From the sequence record PV593634.1: a DNA stretch of 64,000 nucleotides; one strand, written 5' to 3'. A model generated the notes under the pieces. That model ran no database searches. It saw only the letters and a program-made list of their open reading frames with translations, and was not told where the DNA came from. A program made the translations under genes and the position numbers. Position 1 is the stretch's first letter. Each line of letters starts with the position of its first letter. Positions 35,324-44,561 of the stretch are shown here, piece by piece.

Positions 35324-35365
35324 CATAAGACCCCTACCCCTCCTTGCGGAGTGGGTAGGGTTATC
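35324..35365. terminator. Dispersed palindrome family copy B
   Basis: CCCCTACCCCTCC-TTGC-GGAGTGGGTAGGG, between convergent genes. Confidence 0.75.
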
Positions 35366-35382
35366 TTAATCATTATTTTTAT

Positions 35383-36021
35383 TTACGGGTTTGTGGCTTT
35401 GAGTCTTTCTTCGAGTTCATTGATGTACGCGTAGAGTTGTTGGTTCTCGGTAACGAGTTTCTCATTGCGTGCTAAATCTGAAGGATTCTCAGTGATGGCC
35501 TGCTGTCTTGTTTTCTCCCAAGCATCTGATTGCTCTTTAGAGATATAAGCACGAGTAGGTACGACACCGATAGTCGTTCTTGGATTCTGAATCCCGATAG
35601 AAGTTTTAATGTAGTTATTGATATGTTCAACAGCCGCATTAATACGATCTTTAAAACCTGGAGGACAAGCACCTAAGTCAGCAATGATACAGATGTGTTC
35701 TAAGATAACACCATCAACCAACGGGAATGACTTCATGTATGTAGAAAGAACATACACGGGTTTGTTTCCACGACTGGTTAATGCAATCACAACAGCTTCG
35801 TCAGTGATGGCCTGATCGATATATGTTTGTGCTTGATCTTGAGCAATGCCAACTGGTTCTAAAACCAGCTTCCAAATATCTACCTTCTCTGCCAGTAACA
35901 TTTGTACTGTATCGACAGACTCAACAGTATAGAAGACCGCAGGATCGACTATAGTGTTAAAAGGACTATTCGCTTCAAACGAACCTTCAGCCCAAACCGC
36001 TGGTATCAGGTTTTGACTCAT
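35383..36021 (-). CDS. Conserved phiKZ-like protein, probably virion structural (212 aa)
   Basis: Coupled to the upstream 443-aa gene by an ATGA overlap; C-terminal coiled coil. Recalled family similarity only. Confidence 0.65.
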   Translation of the reverse strand: MSQNLIPAVWAEGSFEANSPFNTIVDPAVFYTVESVDTVQMLLAEKVDIWKLVLEPVGIAQDQAQTYIDQAITDEAVVIALTSRGNKPVYVLSTYMKSFPLVDGVILEHICIIADLGACPPGFKDRINAAVEHINNYIKTSIGIQNPRTTIGVVPTRAYISKEQSDAWEKTRQQAITENPSDLARNEKLVTENQQLYAYINELEERLKATNP

Positions 36022-37349
36022 TCGACGATAACTCCATCTTGAACGAATTGATAACGAGTTGCCATGGTTAATTTAACCTTGGAACTACGACGCGTAATAT
36101 AGAGCTTACCGTCCTTCATTACACGCTGAATACCTTTAGGCGGCATGCCATCAGGAGTAACGATTTCACCCGCCGCTAACATCTCCTCCACATCCATAAT
36201 GAACTTGGTTGTGTCTTTAGACATCATACCAGCCTGGGAGTCAGTAGAAGGAATTAACTGGTAGTCAGGGAAGATATCGATAATCTGATCACGACCACCA
36301 TGGTTCTTAGGCTTACCGACAAATGCCATGTGGATGGACTTATACAGATGTGGTAGGATCTGCGTTGATTCTATGACGCTGTCATCTCCCCAGAAACCAC
36401 CGTACTGCTTGGGAAGTACCAGTCCATCTTTCACTGTATAGATAGGCGTATAGGTAGAACCCCGCGGTGTTTCGTTGATCAGACCCAATTGGTTCCAGAA
36501 TGGAACTACTGCGAATTCCAGTGGGTTGAAGAGATCAGGGATAATGTCAGCCCAATCGTCCTCAGGATACTTGGAATGATCAAGAATACATTTCTTAATC
36601 GTTTCGTAGGTTTCCTCTTCTGCGTCGTTAGGGTTACCGTAATAAATGACAGTCCAATCCCCACGGTTGTAGTTGGGTTTGTTCAGACGGTCATAAATGT
36701 CGAACGACATTACGATACGTGCGGTGTATGGGTTGGTGTTATCACCAACAAGTTTCTGTACACGTTCTTCGATCTTGGCGGTAGTTTCCTCTTGCAGACG
36801 AAGTGCTACTTGTTTGTAGTTCTTCTCAGCGAGGTAATCGATATCGTCAATCGGAATAGGATGTACGACGTAAATTTCGCGGTATGGGAATTCTACACGG
36901 AAGTATTCATTAGCGAACCAGATCTTGAATTCGTTAACAACGCCTCCAACGTCCAACGTGAAAGAAATGCTAGACGGTAGCCAAATCGCATTATTGGTAA
37001 TCATCTTGCCAACATCGTTCCACACCCACCCGGTAGTATAGGTTGCTTTGAGAAGTTGTAAACAACTCTGTGAACTTTCAGTTGTTTTGTTCTCTGTTGC
37101 TTGGGTGTACAGCCAACCGCACATTTGAAGTACGGGCGCTGCGAATTCGGCAGGGATCTTCTCATACATAGAGGTAGCGGAAACGCCACGGAAGACGAAC
37201 AAGTCAACTGGGTTAGTATCTGCTCCGAAGTAGATGTCAGGTTCCTTCGAATACGTCTTGGTGCTATTGGTTAGCTCACCAATAGGAGAAGTTGATCCAT
37301 TGATCACAAGGTCATGGATTACGGCAAAGCAACTATAGAGTGTTGACAT
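36018..37349 (-). CDS. phiKZ-like virion structural protein (443 aa)
   Basis: N-terminal SPIGELT..TYS pattern and position next to the RNase H-like gene (recalled phiKZ synteny). Confidence 0.6.
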   Translation of the reverse strand: MSTLYSCFAVIHDLVINGSTSPIGELTNSTKTYSKEPDIYFGADTNPVDLFVFRGVSATSMYEKIPAEFAAPVLQMCGWLYTQATENKTTESSQSCLQLLKATYTTGWVWNDVGKMITNNAIWLPSSISFTLDVGGVVNEFKIWFANEYFRVEFPYREIYVVHPIPIDDIDYLAEKNYKQVALRLQEETTAKIEERVQKLVGDNTNPYTARIVMSFDIYDRLNKPNYNRGDWTVIYYGNPNDAEEETYETIKKCILDHSKYPEDDWADIIPDLFNPLEFAVVPFWNQLGLINETPRGSTYTPIYTVKDGLVLPKQYGGFWGDDSVIESTQILPHLYKSIHMAFVGKPKNHGGRDQIIDIFPDYQLIPSTDSQAGMMSKDTTKFIMDVEEMLAAGEIVTPDGMPPKGIQRVMKDGKLYITRRSSKVKLTMATRYQFVQDGVIVE

Positions 37350-37398
37350 ATTGTAACCTTTTAGCTATAATAAATTATTTCAAGTGGTGGAATAGAAA

Positions 37399-37803
37399 AT
37401 GAACATCTTTCTAAGGGAACTCGTTAATAGGATAATCAGTTATCTTATCCGTGTCTCAAAGGGGGCTACTTACGAGGAGAAGATTGAACACCTTCTGCGC
37501 AAGTCTTTGCTCTTTACATTCATGTCATTGATCTTCGCTGCTACCATGACTTCCAAATACCTTGTTGCAAACTGGTATATGGACGACTTGGAAAAAAGCT
37601 TGACCAAGGTTGACACCTTTATGGGTGAACAGCAAAACAACATGAATAACTTGTTCCGTATAAATGGAGATCAGTACGCAGAAATCAATGATCTCAGTAA
37701 AGAGAACGTTGAGCTGAAAAATGATATCCAAATCCTTCTCCGCACTAACGCTACATTGGAAAAGGAAATTTTAGAATTAAAGAACAAGCGAGACCGCAAA
37801 TAG
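37399..37803 (+). CDS. Membrane protein with a C-terminal coiled coil (holin/spanin-like topology)
   Basis: Hydrophobic LLFTFMSLIFAATM segment, then heptads. Confidence 0.65.
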   Translation: MNIFLRELVNRIISYLIRVSKGATYEEKIEHLLRKSLLFTFMSLIFAATMTSKYLVANWYMDDLEKSLTKVDTFMGEQQNNMNNLFRINGDQYAEINDLSKENVELKNDIQILLRTNATLEKEILELKNKRDRK

Positions 37804-37863
37804 TATTTTTCGACAGGGATGTCCATTCATTGTTACATAACAAACTGGCAGGTATAAAAACCA

Positions 37864-39282
37864 ATGAACATTGTCTACTATATCGTAAGTCAATCGAACA
37901 AAGAAAAGAACGTAGGTCTTTCCGGCGGTCATGGCTACTCTTACGATCCGACTAATGAAAGCAAGCGTAAGTTGCAAAAAGACGTACCCTCTGTTTACGG
38001 TTATTTCGTAAATGGTAACTATCAAAGTATCGCAGTGGATCAAGTCGATATTTATAATGGTCGCGTCTTAAATCAGCGTAACGATGTTGAAGCTTATCTG
38101 CTTAACTTGGAAATGATCATTGAAGAATGGATCAAGACCAAGAAGGAAGGTAGCAAGCTGTTAGTAATCGGGAACAACGTTAAAGTCCACAAGATGCTTG
38201 AAAAGAACAAGTGTCCTGAAGCCTATGACGCTGAACTCTTTGAACGTGTTTATAAGTTGTATGAAGAACATAAAGCAGGTATCATCCACGATGTAGAGTA
38301 TTATGCCAAAGGTGGTGAAGGTCCTAAGACCGCACACAAACAGGTAGAGCTTGCAGCAGCAATATCTGAACTGGCATGTCCCGATCCTCTTACTCTGGAC
38401 AAGTTAAATGTTAAAGACTACAAGAACCCAGAGATCGACTTTAATAAGTTGGTTACTGCTTCTCGCTGGTATTTCAATACTGGTGACAAGTCTGATTTCT
38501 TTGAGTTGGTAGAAGGTTATCGCAAGTACACCTTCGGTCGAGTTGACCCGGATAAAAACTATTACGGGAAAGCTACACCTGACGTTTACTATTCTAGTTT
38601 ATATACCAAGACACCAATCTCCGTATTGGACAAGTTGTATACGTTCTGTCAGAAAAATAGACCGAACCCTTACAACATCATGGCAGCAGGTAACTTGAAC
38701 CATATCAAATCTAAAGAGGTTGCTCGAGTAATCGATACAATCCCTGGAACATTTGGTAAACGTGAGTTGCTGGCTCCTATGACTCTGGGTAATAACGAAG
38801 AAGCTGCGCTGGTTGAGTTCATCGATCCACCAGGTCTGAGCTACCGTATTCGTGACTTCCACATCAAGCTAGATTACATCATGAAGTTCTGGCGCCAACG
38901 TGATGAGAACGGATGCTATCAGAAACACAAGTTTGTTGACATCACCGATAAGTTCTTCGTTCGTGATGATAAAGGTAAAGTTAAGATTCACCCTGACTTC
39001 ACCAACAACACACTAAAGGTTCCTGTTGATATTGAAGCACCTGGTTGTGTTAAACCTGTTACGATTAACCTGAGCGTCAAATACGATACTCCTGAACGTA
39101 ACGCTCTGAACAGCATGATTGTAAACAAGGTAGACCAAATCAAAGTCTATCTAGCTCTGGATTTCACTGACGAGTCCGGTGTGAGTTATTGCACCATCGT
39201 CAATACTCCTGAGTATGATTACATTCATTCAAACAGCATCAGTAATCTGCGTGTTTATAGCTTAAAAGAATTAGGCAAATAA
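37864..39282 (+). CDS. RNase H-like protein (phiKZ gp155-type), apparently catalytically degenerate
   Basis: GGHGYSY, PSVYGY, SRWYFN and YGK..PD patterns plus synteny. The canonical DG/DS acidic motifs are absent. Confidence 0.5.
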   Translation: MNIVYYIVSQSNKEKNVGLSGGHGYSYDPTNESKRKLQKDVPSVYGYFVNGNYQSIAVDQVDIYNGRVLNQRNDVEAYLLNLEMIIEEWIKTKKEGSKLLVIGNNVKVHKMLEKNKCPEAYDAELFERVYKLYEEHKAGIIHDVEYYAKGGEGPKTAHKQVELAAAISELACPDPLTLDKLNVKDYKNPEIDFNKLVTASRWYFNTGDKSDFFELVEGYRKYTFGRVDPDKNYYGKATPDVYYSSLYTKTPISVLDKLYTFCQKNRPNPYNIMAAGNLNHIKSKEVARVIDTIPGTFGKRELLAPMTLGNNEEAALVEFIDPPGLSYRIRDFHIKLDYIMKFWRQRDENGCYQKHKFVDITDKFFVRDDKGKVKIHPDFTNNTLKVPVDIEAPGCVKPVTINLSVKYDTPERNALNSMIVNKVDQIKVYLALDFTDESGVSYCTIVNTPEYDYIHSNSISNLRVYSLKELGK

Positions 39283-39325
39283 CATAGTTCCCTACCCCTC
39301 CGTAAGGAAGGGTAGGGGGTTATGT
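39283..39325. terminator. Dispersed palindrome family copy C
   Basis: CCCTACCCCTCC-GTAA-GGAAGGGTAGGG followed by GGTTATGTCTGTTT. Confidence 0.75.
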
Positions 39326-39332
39326 CTGTTTA

Positions 39333-40403
39333 TTACATTCCGAGTTCGTCCATAGCTCGCTGAAGATACTCAGCGCTACGTTCAGATACATCTCCCATAG
39401 CCCCAACAATAGCATTACGGATACCGGCATCCACTATCTTAGCTGCTGCAATAAGAGAAGCTGAATCCATAGTGATAACCAGATCACGGTAACGAGCTGC
39501 AATCTCGGTAACGACTTTCATTACCGATACAGCGCGAGCCAGTTTAGATTGAACTTCTGAATCAGGATTGCCTTTAGCTTTCTCGTTCATGCGTTCTACC
39601 GTCACTGCTGCTTGGGCCGAAGCTTTCTGTGCGTTTTCAGATGCCAATACAAGAGACTTGGAAACCGCTTCCAAATCTTTAACAGCATTATCACCGGCTC
39701 TCCAGTTTTTCATGCTATCGAACATCAGCCAGTCGGCATTGAAGTCAACAGATAAACCCAGGAGTTTCTGAGTTTCCGCAGTCCCATCGATACGCTTTAG
39801 TTCATCGATCTGATTGGCAATTTGATTAACGCCATTGGATAGTTTGGAAATGATAGCTGCATAGGCTTCATCAGCTGCGTTAGAAATTGCGCCTGAATCT
39901 TCTTTAGCGGTCATCTCTTCTTTGAACTTGGCCACGACCGTTTTAACATCAGTGGCATCAAGGCGACGCATAATCGGGGCAGTTTTGGGAATGACCGACG
40001 TTTTCGGTACGTTAACCGAAGGACTCTGCATAACAAATGCTCTAGCCAGTTCCACGACTTTGTCTTCAATGTCAACACCGTCTTTGGAAAGGTTTTTCTT
40101 AGCATCTTCGTACTCACGCTTAGACTTACCGTTAAACCAATCACGGAACGTTCTGATCAACTGTTTGATCCATTCGTACACTTTGGCAGTACCTTTCTTA
40201 ACACCGTCCCAGAATGACTCCTGTCCAGCCATAGAAGGTAAGTCAACATCGTTCAGTACAAGTACCGTGTTGGCGAAACAAGCATCGGGAGTAAGTTCGG
40301 TTTCCTTCTCGATACTTTCTACCAATTCAACCATGCCAGTAGTAATGGCGCAAGTGTGGTCGAACTCGCTGTTAAGTTCGGTATAGTTTTCAATGATTTC
40401 CAT
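39333..40403 (-). CDS. phiKZ-type internal head protein (356 aa)
   Basis: Acidic propeptide, then AGQE/SFWDGVKKG..KVYEWIKQLI, typical of processed head proteins. Helical remainder. Confidence 0.7.
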   Translation of the reverse strand: MEIIENYTELNSEFDHTCAITTGMVELVESIEKETELTPDACFANTVLVLNDVDLPSMAGQESFWDGVKKGTAKVYEWIKQLIRTFRDWFNGKSKREYEDAKKNLSKDGVDIEDKVVELARAFVMQSPSVNVPKTSVIPKTAPIMRRLDATDVKTVVAKFKEEMTAKEDSGAISNAADEAYAAIISKLSNGVNQIANQIDELKRIDGTAETQKLLGLSVDFNADWLMFDSMKNWRAGDNAVKDLEAVSKSLVLASENAQKASAQAAVTVERMNEKAKGNPDSEVQSKLARAVSVMKVVTEIAARYRDLVITMDSASLIAAAKIVDAGIRNAIVGAMGDVSERSAEYLQRAMDELGM

Positions 40404-40417
40404 TTATATATCCTAAA

Positions 40418-40433
40418 GGGGAGTTTCCTCCCC
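40418..40433 (-). terminator. Short hairpin
   Basis: GGGGAG-TTTC-CTCCCC (GAAA loop on the minus strand). Confidence 0.4.
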
Positions 40434-40440
40434 GCGTTAA

Positions 40441-42546
40441 TTAAAAGAGATCGGACATCTTACTTAATTTGAAATTCACATGATGATCGAAGTGTTCGGT
40501 ATCCAAAGCATAGCCTTCGAAGCCAATCAGTTCTTTAAGGTTAGTTGGCATGCCAGCAGCTCTTAGGTTAGCACCACCCACGTACTTAGGTAACTTACCG
40601 CCACCCAGCAGGATATCAACTTGTTCCTTAGACCATTCCATAATGTCGATAGAACGGGAAGTGATGTTCTCGGCAGAACCTGTGTCAAGGTCGAGCAGGT
40701 AAACGTAGCACTTGGCATCCTGTCCTTTACGATAGATACGAGCGATGGTCTGCTTAGTCTCGTAAGAACGGAATGGGGAGTTCATCATTATGATCTGGTT
40801 ACACATCAGTAAAGGATAACCTTCACGTAAGGTGTTAAAGGTTGTGATCAGTGGGTTAGTACCAGGGTCGTTTGCTACCTGGGAAATTACCTTATCGACT
40901 TCTGATGAGTTCTCACCACTTACAGAGATAGAGTTAATACCCTCAGCTGTGAAGTAAGTTTCCAGCTCCTTAATAACGTCAATGTAAGACGTGTAGATCG
41001 CTGTCTTCTTCTCAACTGCTGATATCATACTCGGTAAGTTAGCGTGCTTGATAATGTCGCGTACAGCTTCCATACGAGCACGAGAGAGAATGCGACCTAA
41101 TGCTTCACCACGAATCTTCAGACCCACATACTTAACCGCAGATTTAATATGACGGAAGTATTTAAGGTCATCACCTTTCAGCTCGTTCTCAATGTTCTTC
41201 TCAACGGAGTGAGCGAATTTGGACATCTCAGCATCAGTGAAGTTGTTGTATCCATTCTTCTGGAAGTAATGAACAATTTCAATGTAGCGATTTAAACGAG
41301 CCAGTTCTTTCTCATCAGTAGCAATCCATGAACGATAGGCGTTAACGAACTGATTCCAATCATCGACATAACCAGGCATCTTCTTATTATAGAAGTCTAC
41401 TCGTTCTTCAATGAAGTCCAGCATTACACTACGGATATTCTCCAGCGTGTATTTCTCTGCACCATCGAACTTAATAGGAACGATAATGGGTTCAGGTGGT
41501 TTATCCATACCGTCAACTTTGGTAATTGTAAACTTGATACGACCCAAACGGTGTGCGAGCATCTGGTTAAGGAAGTCGTTATCACGACCATACATTTTCA
41601 GGAAGTCGGTCTGTACTTCTTTATCAAAGAACTTATCGATAACGGTGAACAGAGCAAAGGTTTCACGACCTTGAGCCTTGATAGGTGTACCGGATTGGAA
41701 CAGTACATCAGAGACATACTTGTTGGTACAGATATCAATCAGACCCTGAGTCTGTTGTGATTTGTGCTCATTATAGTTGTGAGATTCATCAACGATAACT
41801 TTAAGAGGTTCTTTACCTTGTTTAGACAACACTGTTAACAACCCGTCATATTCACGACCACGCAGTGTGTCTTTGTGAATGATGAAGTACTGTGCATCGG
41901 TGTGGTTCATTGGGTCAGTGCCATCAAGGGACGTCCAACACTTACGACCTTTCTTGAAGTACTCGTTCTCAATGGCATTCTTCCACGGGTTATTCACCAG
42001 GTGTTTAGGTACGACGATAATAGTCTTGCCCGTTGAGATCATCTCAGCCCATACCAAAGAGGTATAGGTCTTACCGCTACCTGGCTCAGCATCAAGTAAA
42101 CAACCACGTAACTGATAACCGTATTTTATACGAGAGTAATCTTCTAAGAACTCACGTTGATCAGGGAATGGTTTAAAGTTAAATGCGGCTAAAGCTTTAT
42201 CGACGTTGTATGGAGGATATTGTTGGAACGTTGACTCGATCCACGTTTTCTGTTTGATCTCTCCATAAAGCTGGTTGTACTTATACATACCAACACGATA
42301 ACGGTCTACTTGGCGCTTATTCTTGTTGGACGTAAAGTGATCGAGAATCCAAGCTAATTCAACCATAAAGAACTGGTGGATCTTGAATCGTCTGTTATTC
42401 AGTTTAATTATCATGCGGTTAAAGATAACCGATGTTCCGAAATTAGATCTTAAGTCTAATTCGAACGCGTTTAAATTTATACCGGTGATGACATAGTAAG
42501 AACCGACCTTCTCCACAGTAGGCGAAAAGTTAAAAAATTCCATCAT
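40441..42546 (-). CDS. SNF2-family (SF2) helicase/ATPase
   Basis: DAEPGSGKT, VDESHN, SGTP and QTIARIYRKGQ. Confidence 0.92.
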   Translation of the reverse strand: MMEFFNFSPTVEKVGSYYVITGINLNAFELDLRSNFGTSVIFNRMIIKLNNRRFKIHQFFMVELAWILDHFTSNKNKRQVDRYRVGMYKYNQLYGEIKQKTWIESTFQQYPPYNVDKALAAFNFKPFPDQREFLEDYSRIKYGYQLRGCLLDAEPGSGKTYTSLVWAEMISTGKTIIVVPKHLVNNPWKNAIENEYFKKGRKCWTSLDGTDPMNHTDAQYFIIHKDTLRGREYDGLLTVLSKQGKEPLKVIVDESHNYNEHKSQQTQGLIDICTNKYVSDVLFQSGTPIKAQGRETFALFTVIDKFFDKEVQTDFLKMYGRDNDFLNQMLAHRLGRIKFTITKVDGMDKPPEPIIVPIKFDGAEKYTLENIRSVMLDFIEERVDFYNKKMPGYVDDWNQFVNAYRSWIATDEKELARLNRYIEIVHYFQKNGYNNFTDAEMSKFAHSVEKNIENELKGDDLKYFRHIKSAVKYVGLKIRGEALGRILSRARMEAVRDIIKHANLPSMISAVEKKTAIYTSYIDVIKELETYFTAEGINSISVSGENSSEVDKVISQVANDPGTNPLITTFNTLREGYPLLMCNQIIMMNSPFRSYETKQTIARIYRKGQDAKCYVYLLDLDTGSAENITSRSIDIMEWSKEQVDILLGGGKLPKYVGGANLRAAGMPTNLKELIGFEGYALDTEHFDHHVNFKLSKMSDLF

Positions 42547-42563
42547 AGTTAAGGACCTTAGAA

Positions 42564-43673
42564 ATGAGTGATAAATTAGAATTCATTAACGACAATCATT
42601 ACAACCTGTTCGCTTTCGCTACACTGAATCAGTTAGCGGTATCACCGGCATCAAAATTTGAAGTCGAACATCAGGAATATCGTGATCGTTACAAAGTATC
42701 GTTGGGTGGGTATGCCTGGCTGGTCAAAGCTGACTTCATTGGTAAGTTCTGGTTAGCTCTGGATAAATTCGATGCGGAATGCGATGCCTTCATCGATCAT
42801 GGTAATGGTTGTGCTAATGAAAACGTTAAGATGACAGCAACAGGTCCTGTCAATGAACTCACCTATAGTTATACCGATGTTCCATTTGGTCAACTGACTG
42901 GTGAAGACTTCATCAACATCGATGACCGTATGCAAGGTCTGTTAACTGCAGCCGCTCAGGTAGTCCGTGAGTCTGCCGAAATCATTAACCGTGAACAAGC
43001 ACTGGTAATGAAAGATACCAATGTAGTTAAAGACTTCGATGGTATTCTGACGTTTGATACCAAGTTGGGTAAAGACTTCGGTGTCCAGCTGTGCTTTGAC
43101 AAAATCAGCCCGATCAAAGAAGGTAACGATGACGTTTGGATTGAACGTACTCCAATTACTCAGGGTGACGGTAACAAATACTTACGTGGATCTTTCTCCA
43201 AAGTACAGAACCGTCTGAAACATCTGAACGGTATCGTCCAGGACTTCTTCCAAGCTAAAGCTGTACAGAAGAACGAATACCTGGTTGAGTATGCAGAGAT
43301 GTTGGTTAACAACACCCTGGTACACATGTACTTGAACCAGAACATCATCTACATCTCTTTCGGTGGTGAAGACAAGTGGGGGACCTTCTCCAAAGATACA
43401 CCTAACAACGTTGAGTGTATGAAGTATCTGGATGCTGAAATCGAAAACATCATTAAGATGCTTGAAGGTATTGAGAAAACCGAAGGTGTAGATGTCTACT
43501 CTATGGATATCGATACGTTCGCCGTGTTCGGTCGTGACTTCGACAACCGTGTGGTAACTCCTGCTCTGCAAGGTTACGTTCAACCGCTGCTGGATAAATA
43601 CTCCAAAGGCTTTGAACAAACACTGTCAACTCGAATGTCCATGATTGACAACCAGCATTTCTTTAAAGCATAA
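42564..43673 (+). CDS. Hypothetical protein (369 aa)
   Basis: AAGGA SD; long ORF with phage-typical codon usage. Confidence 0.8.
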   Translation: MSDKLEFINDNHYNLFAFATLNQLAVSPASKFEVEHQEYRDRYKVSLGGYAWLVKADFIGKFWLALDKFDAECDAFIDHGNGCANENVKMTATGPVNELTYSYTDVPFGQLTGEDFINIDDRMQGLLTAAAQVVRESAEIINREQALVMKDTNVVKDFDGILTFDTKLGKDFGVQLCFDKISPIKEGNDDVWIERTPITQGDGNKYLRGSFSKVQNRLKHLNGIVQDFFQAKAVQKNEYLVEYAEMLVNNTLVHMYLNQNIIYISFGGEDKWGTFSKDTPNNVECMKYLDAEIENIIKMLEGIEKTEGVDVYSMDIDTFAVFGRDFDNRVVTPALQGYVQPLLDKYSKGFEQTLSTRMSMIDNQHFFKA

Positions 43674-43679
43674 CAAAGT

Positions 43680-43714
43680 CCCTACCCCTCCGTTAGGAAG
43701 GGTAGGGGTTTATG
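43680..43714. terminator. Dispersed palindrome family copy D
   Basis: CCCTACCCCTCC-GTTA-GGAAGGGTAGGG followed by GTTTATGTTTGTTT. Confidence 0.75.
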
Positions 43715-43719
43715 TTTGT

Positions 43720-44505
43720 TTATTTTAATTTCGGCAATTCGTCGATCTGAAGTTGCAGTACACGGTTAAGGTCAGCCAACTGCCCCAACATAACACCAGC
43801 GAAGCTAGCATTGCGTACAAGCTCGTCAACAGCCATATTAAGACTCTCGACTTCTTTAGGCTGTAAGATTACCTCAGAGGCATCTAACTTCGTCTTGAGC
43901 AGTTTGATGATTCCTACGACGGCATCCATACGTTTAGATACGATCTCAACATCACGAGCACCCAGAGACTTAACGATACTGTTAAAGTTAAGAGCAATAT
44001 CGCTGGCCTGACCAAAGTTAGGATACATCTCGTTAAGAGCACGAGTAGTAACACCGGTATCAGTCAGTTGGGTTTTGAAGATCTCACGAGACTTAGAGAT
44101 CAATACTAAATCGTTTACATTACGAATGCTGAAAGGAACCTGTCCTTTAGCGGCAGCTTGTTTAATGCCACGGTAAACCATGTCAGCTTGCGAATCAACC
44201 ATCTTAATGATCGGGACTGCGTGAAGGATGAATTCAACGTAATCTTTAAATGACCATTTGTTTGGGTCAAAATAAACTGGAGCAGGGATATGTTTGATAG
44301 CAGCAGAAAAGTAAATTCCTTCGGCTGCAGCTTTCTTCCACTCCTCGATACCTTTAAGGGTATGAATTGAACTGTTAAAGTTTTTAGCATTAAAGGCATC
44401 AAACCCAAGACTCATCTCTTTAAAGAAAGAAGTCAATCGCTCACCAACGCTTAGGGCTTCACTACCCGCAACGTGATTTAATAATTCGGTAGACATATTA
44501 GGCAA
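43720..44505 (-). CDS. Probable virion head protein (261 aa), divergent from uvsX
   Basis: N-terminal AGSE/A processing-like site. Position matches the recalled phiKZ arrangement next to UvsX. Confidence 0.6.
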   Translation of the reverse strand: MPNMSTELLNHVAGSEALSVGERLTSFFKEMSLGFDAFNAKNFNSSIHTLKGIEEWKKAAAEGIYFSAAIKHIPAPVYFDPNKWSFKDYVEFILHAVPIIKMVDSQADMVYRGIKQAAAKGQVPFSIRNVNDLVLISKSREIFKTQLTDTGVTTRALNEMYPNFGQASDIALNFNSIVKSLGARDVEIVSKRMDAVVGIIKLLKTKLDASEVILQPKEVESLNMAVDELVRNASFAGVMLGQLADLNRVLQLQIDELPKLK

Positions 44506-44561
44506 ACTCCATTATGTGTTTATTGAAACGTTTCATAACATTTAAATAAGGAACTATATCA

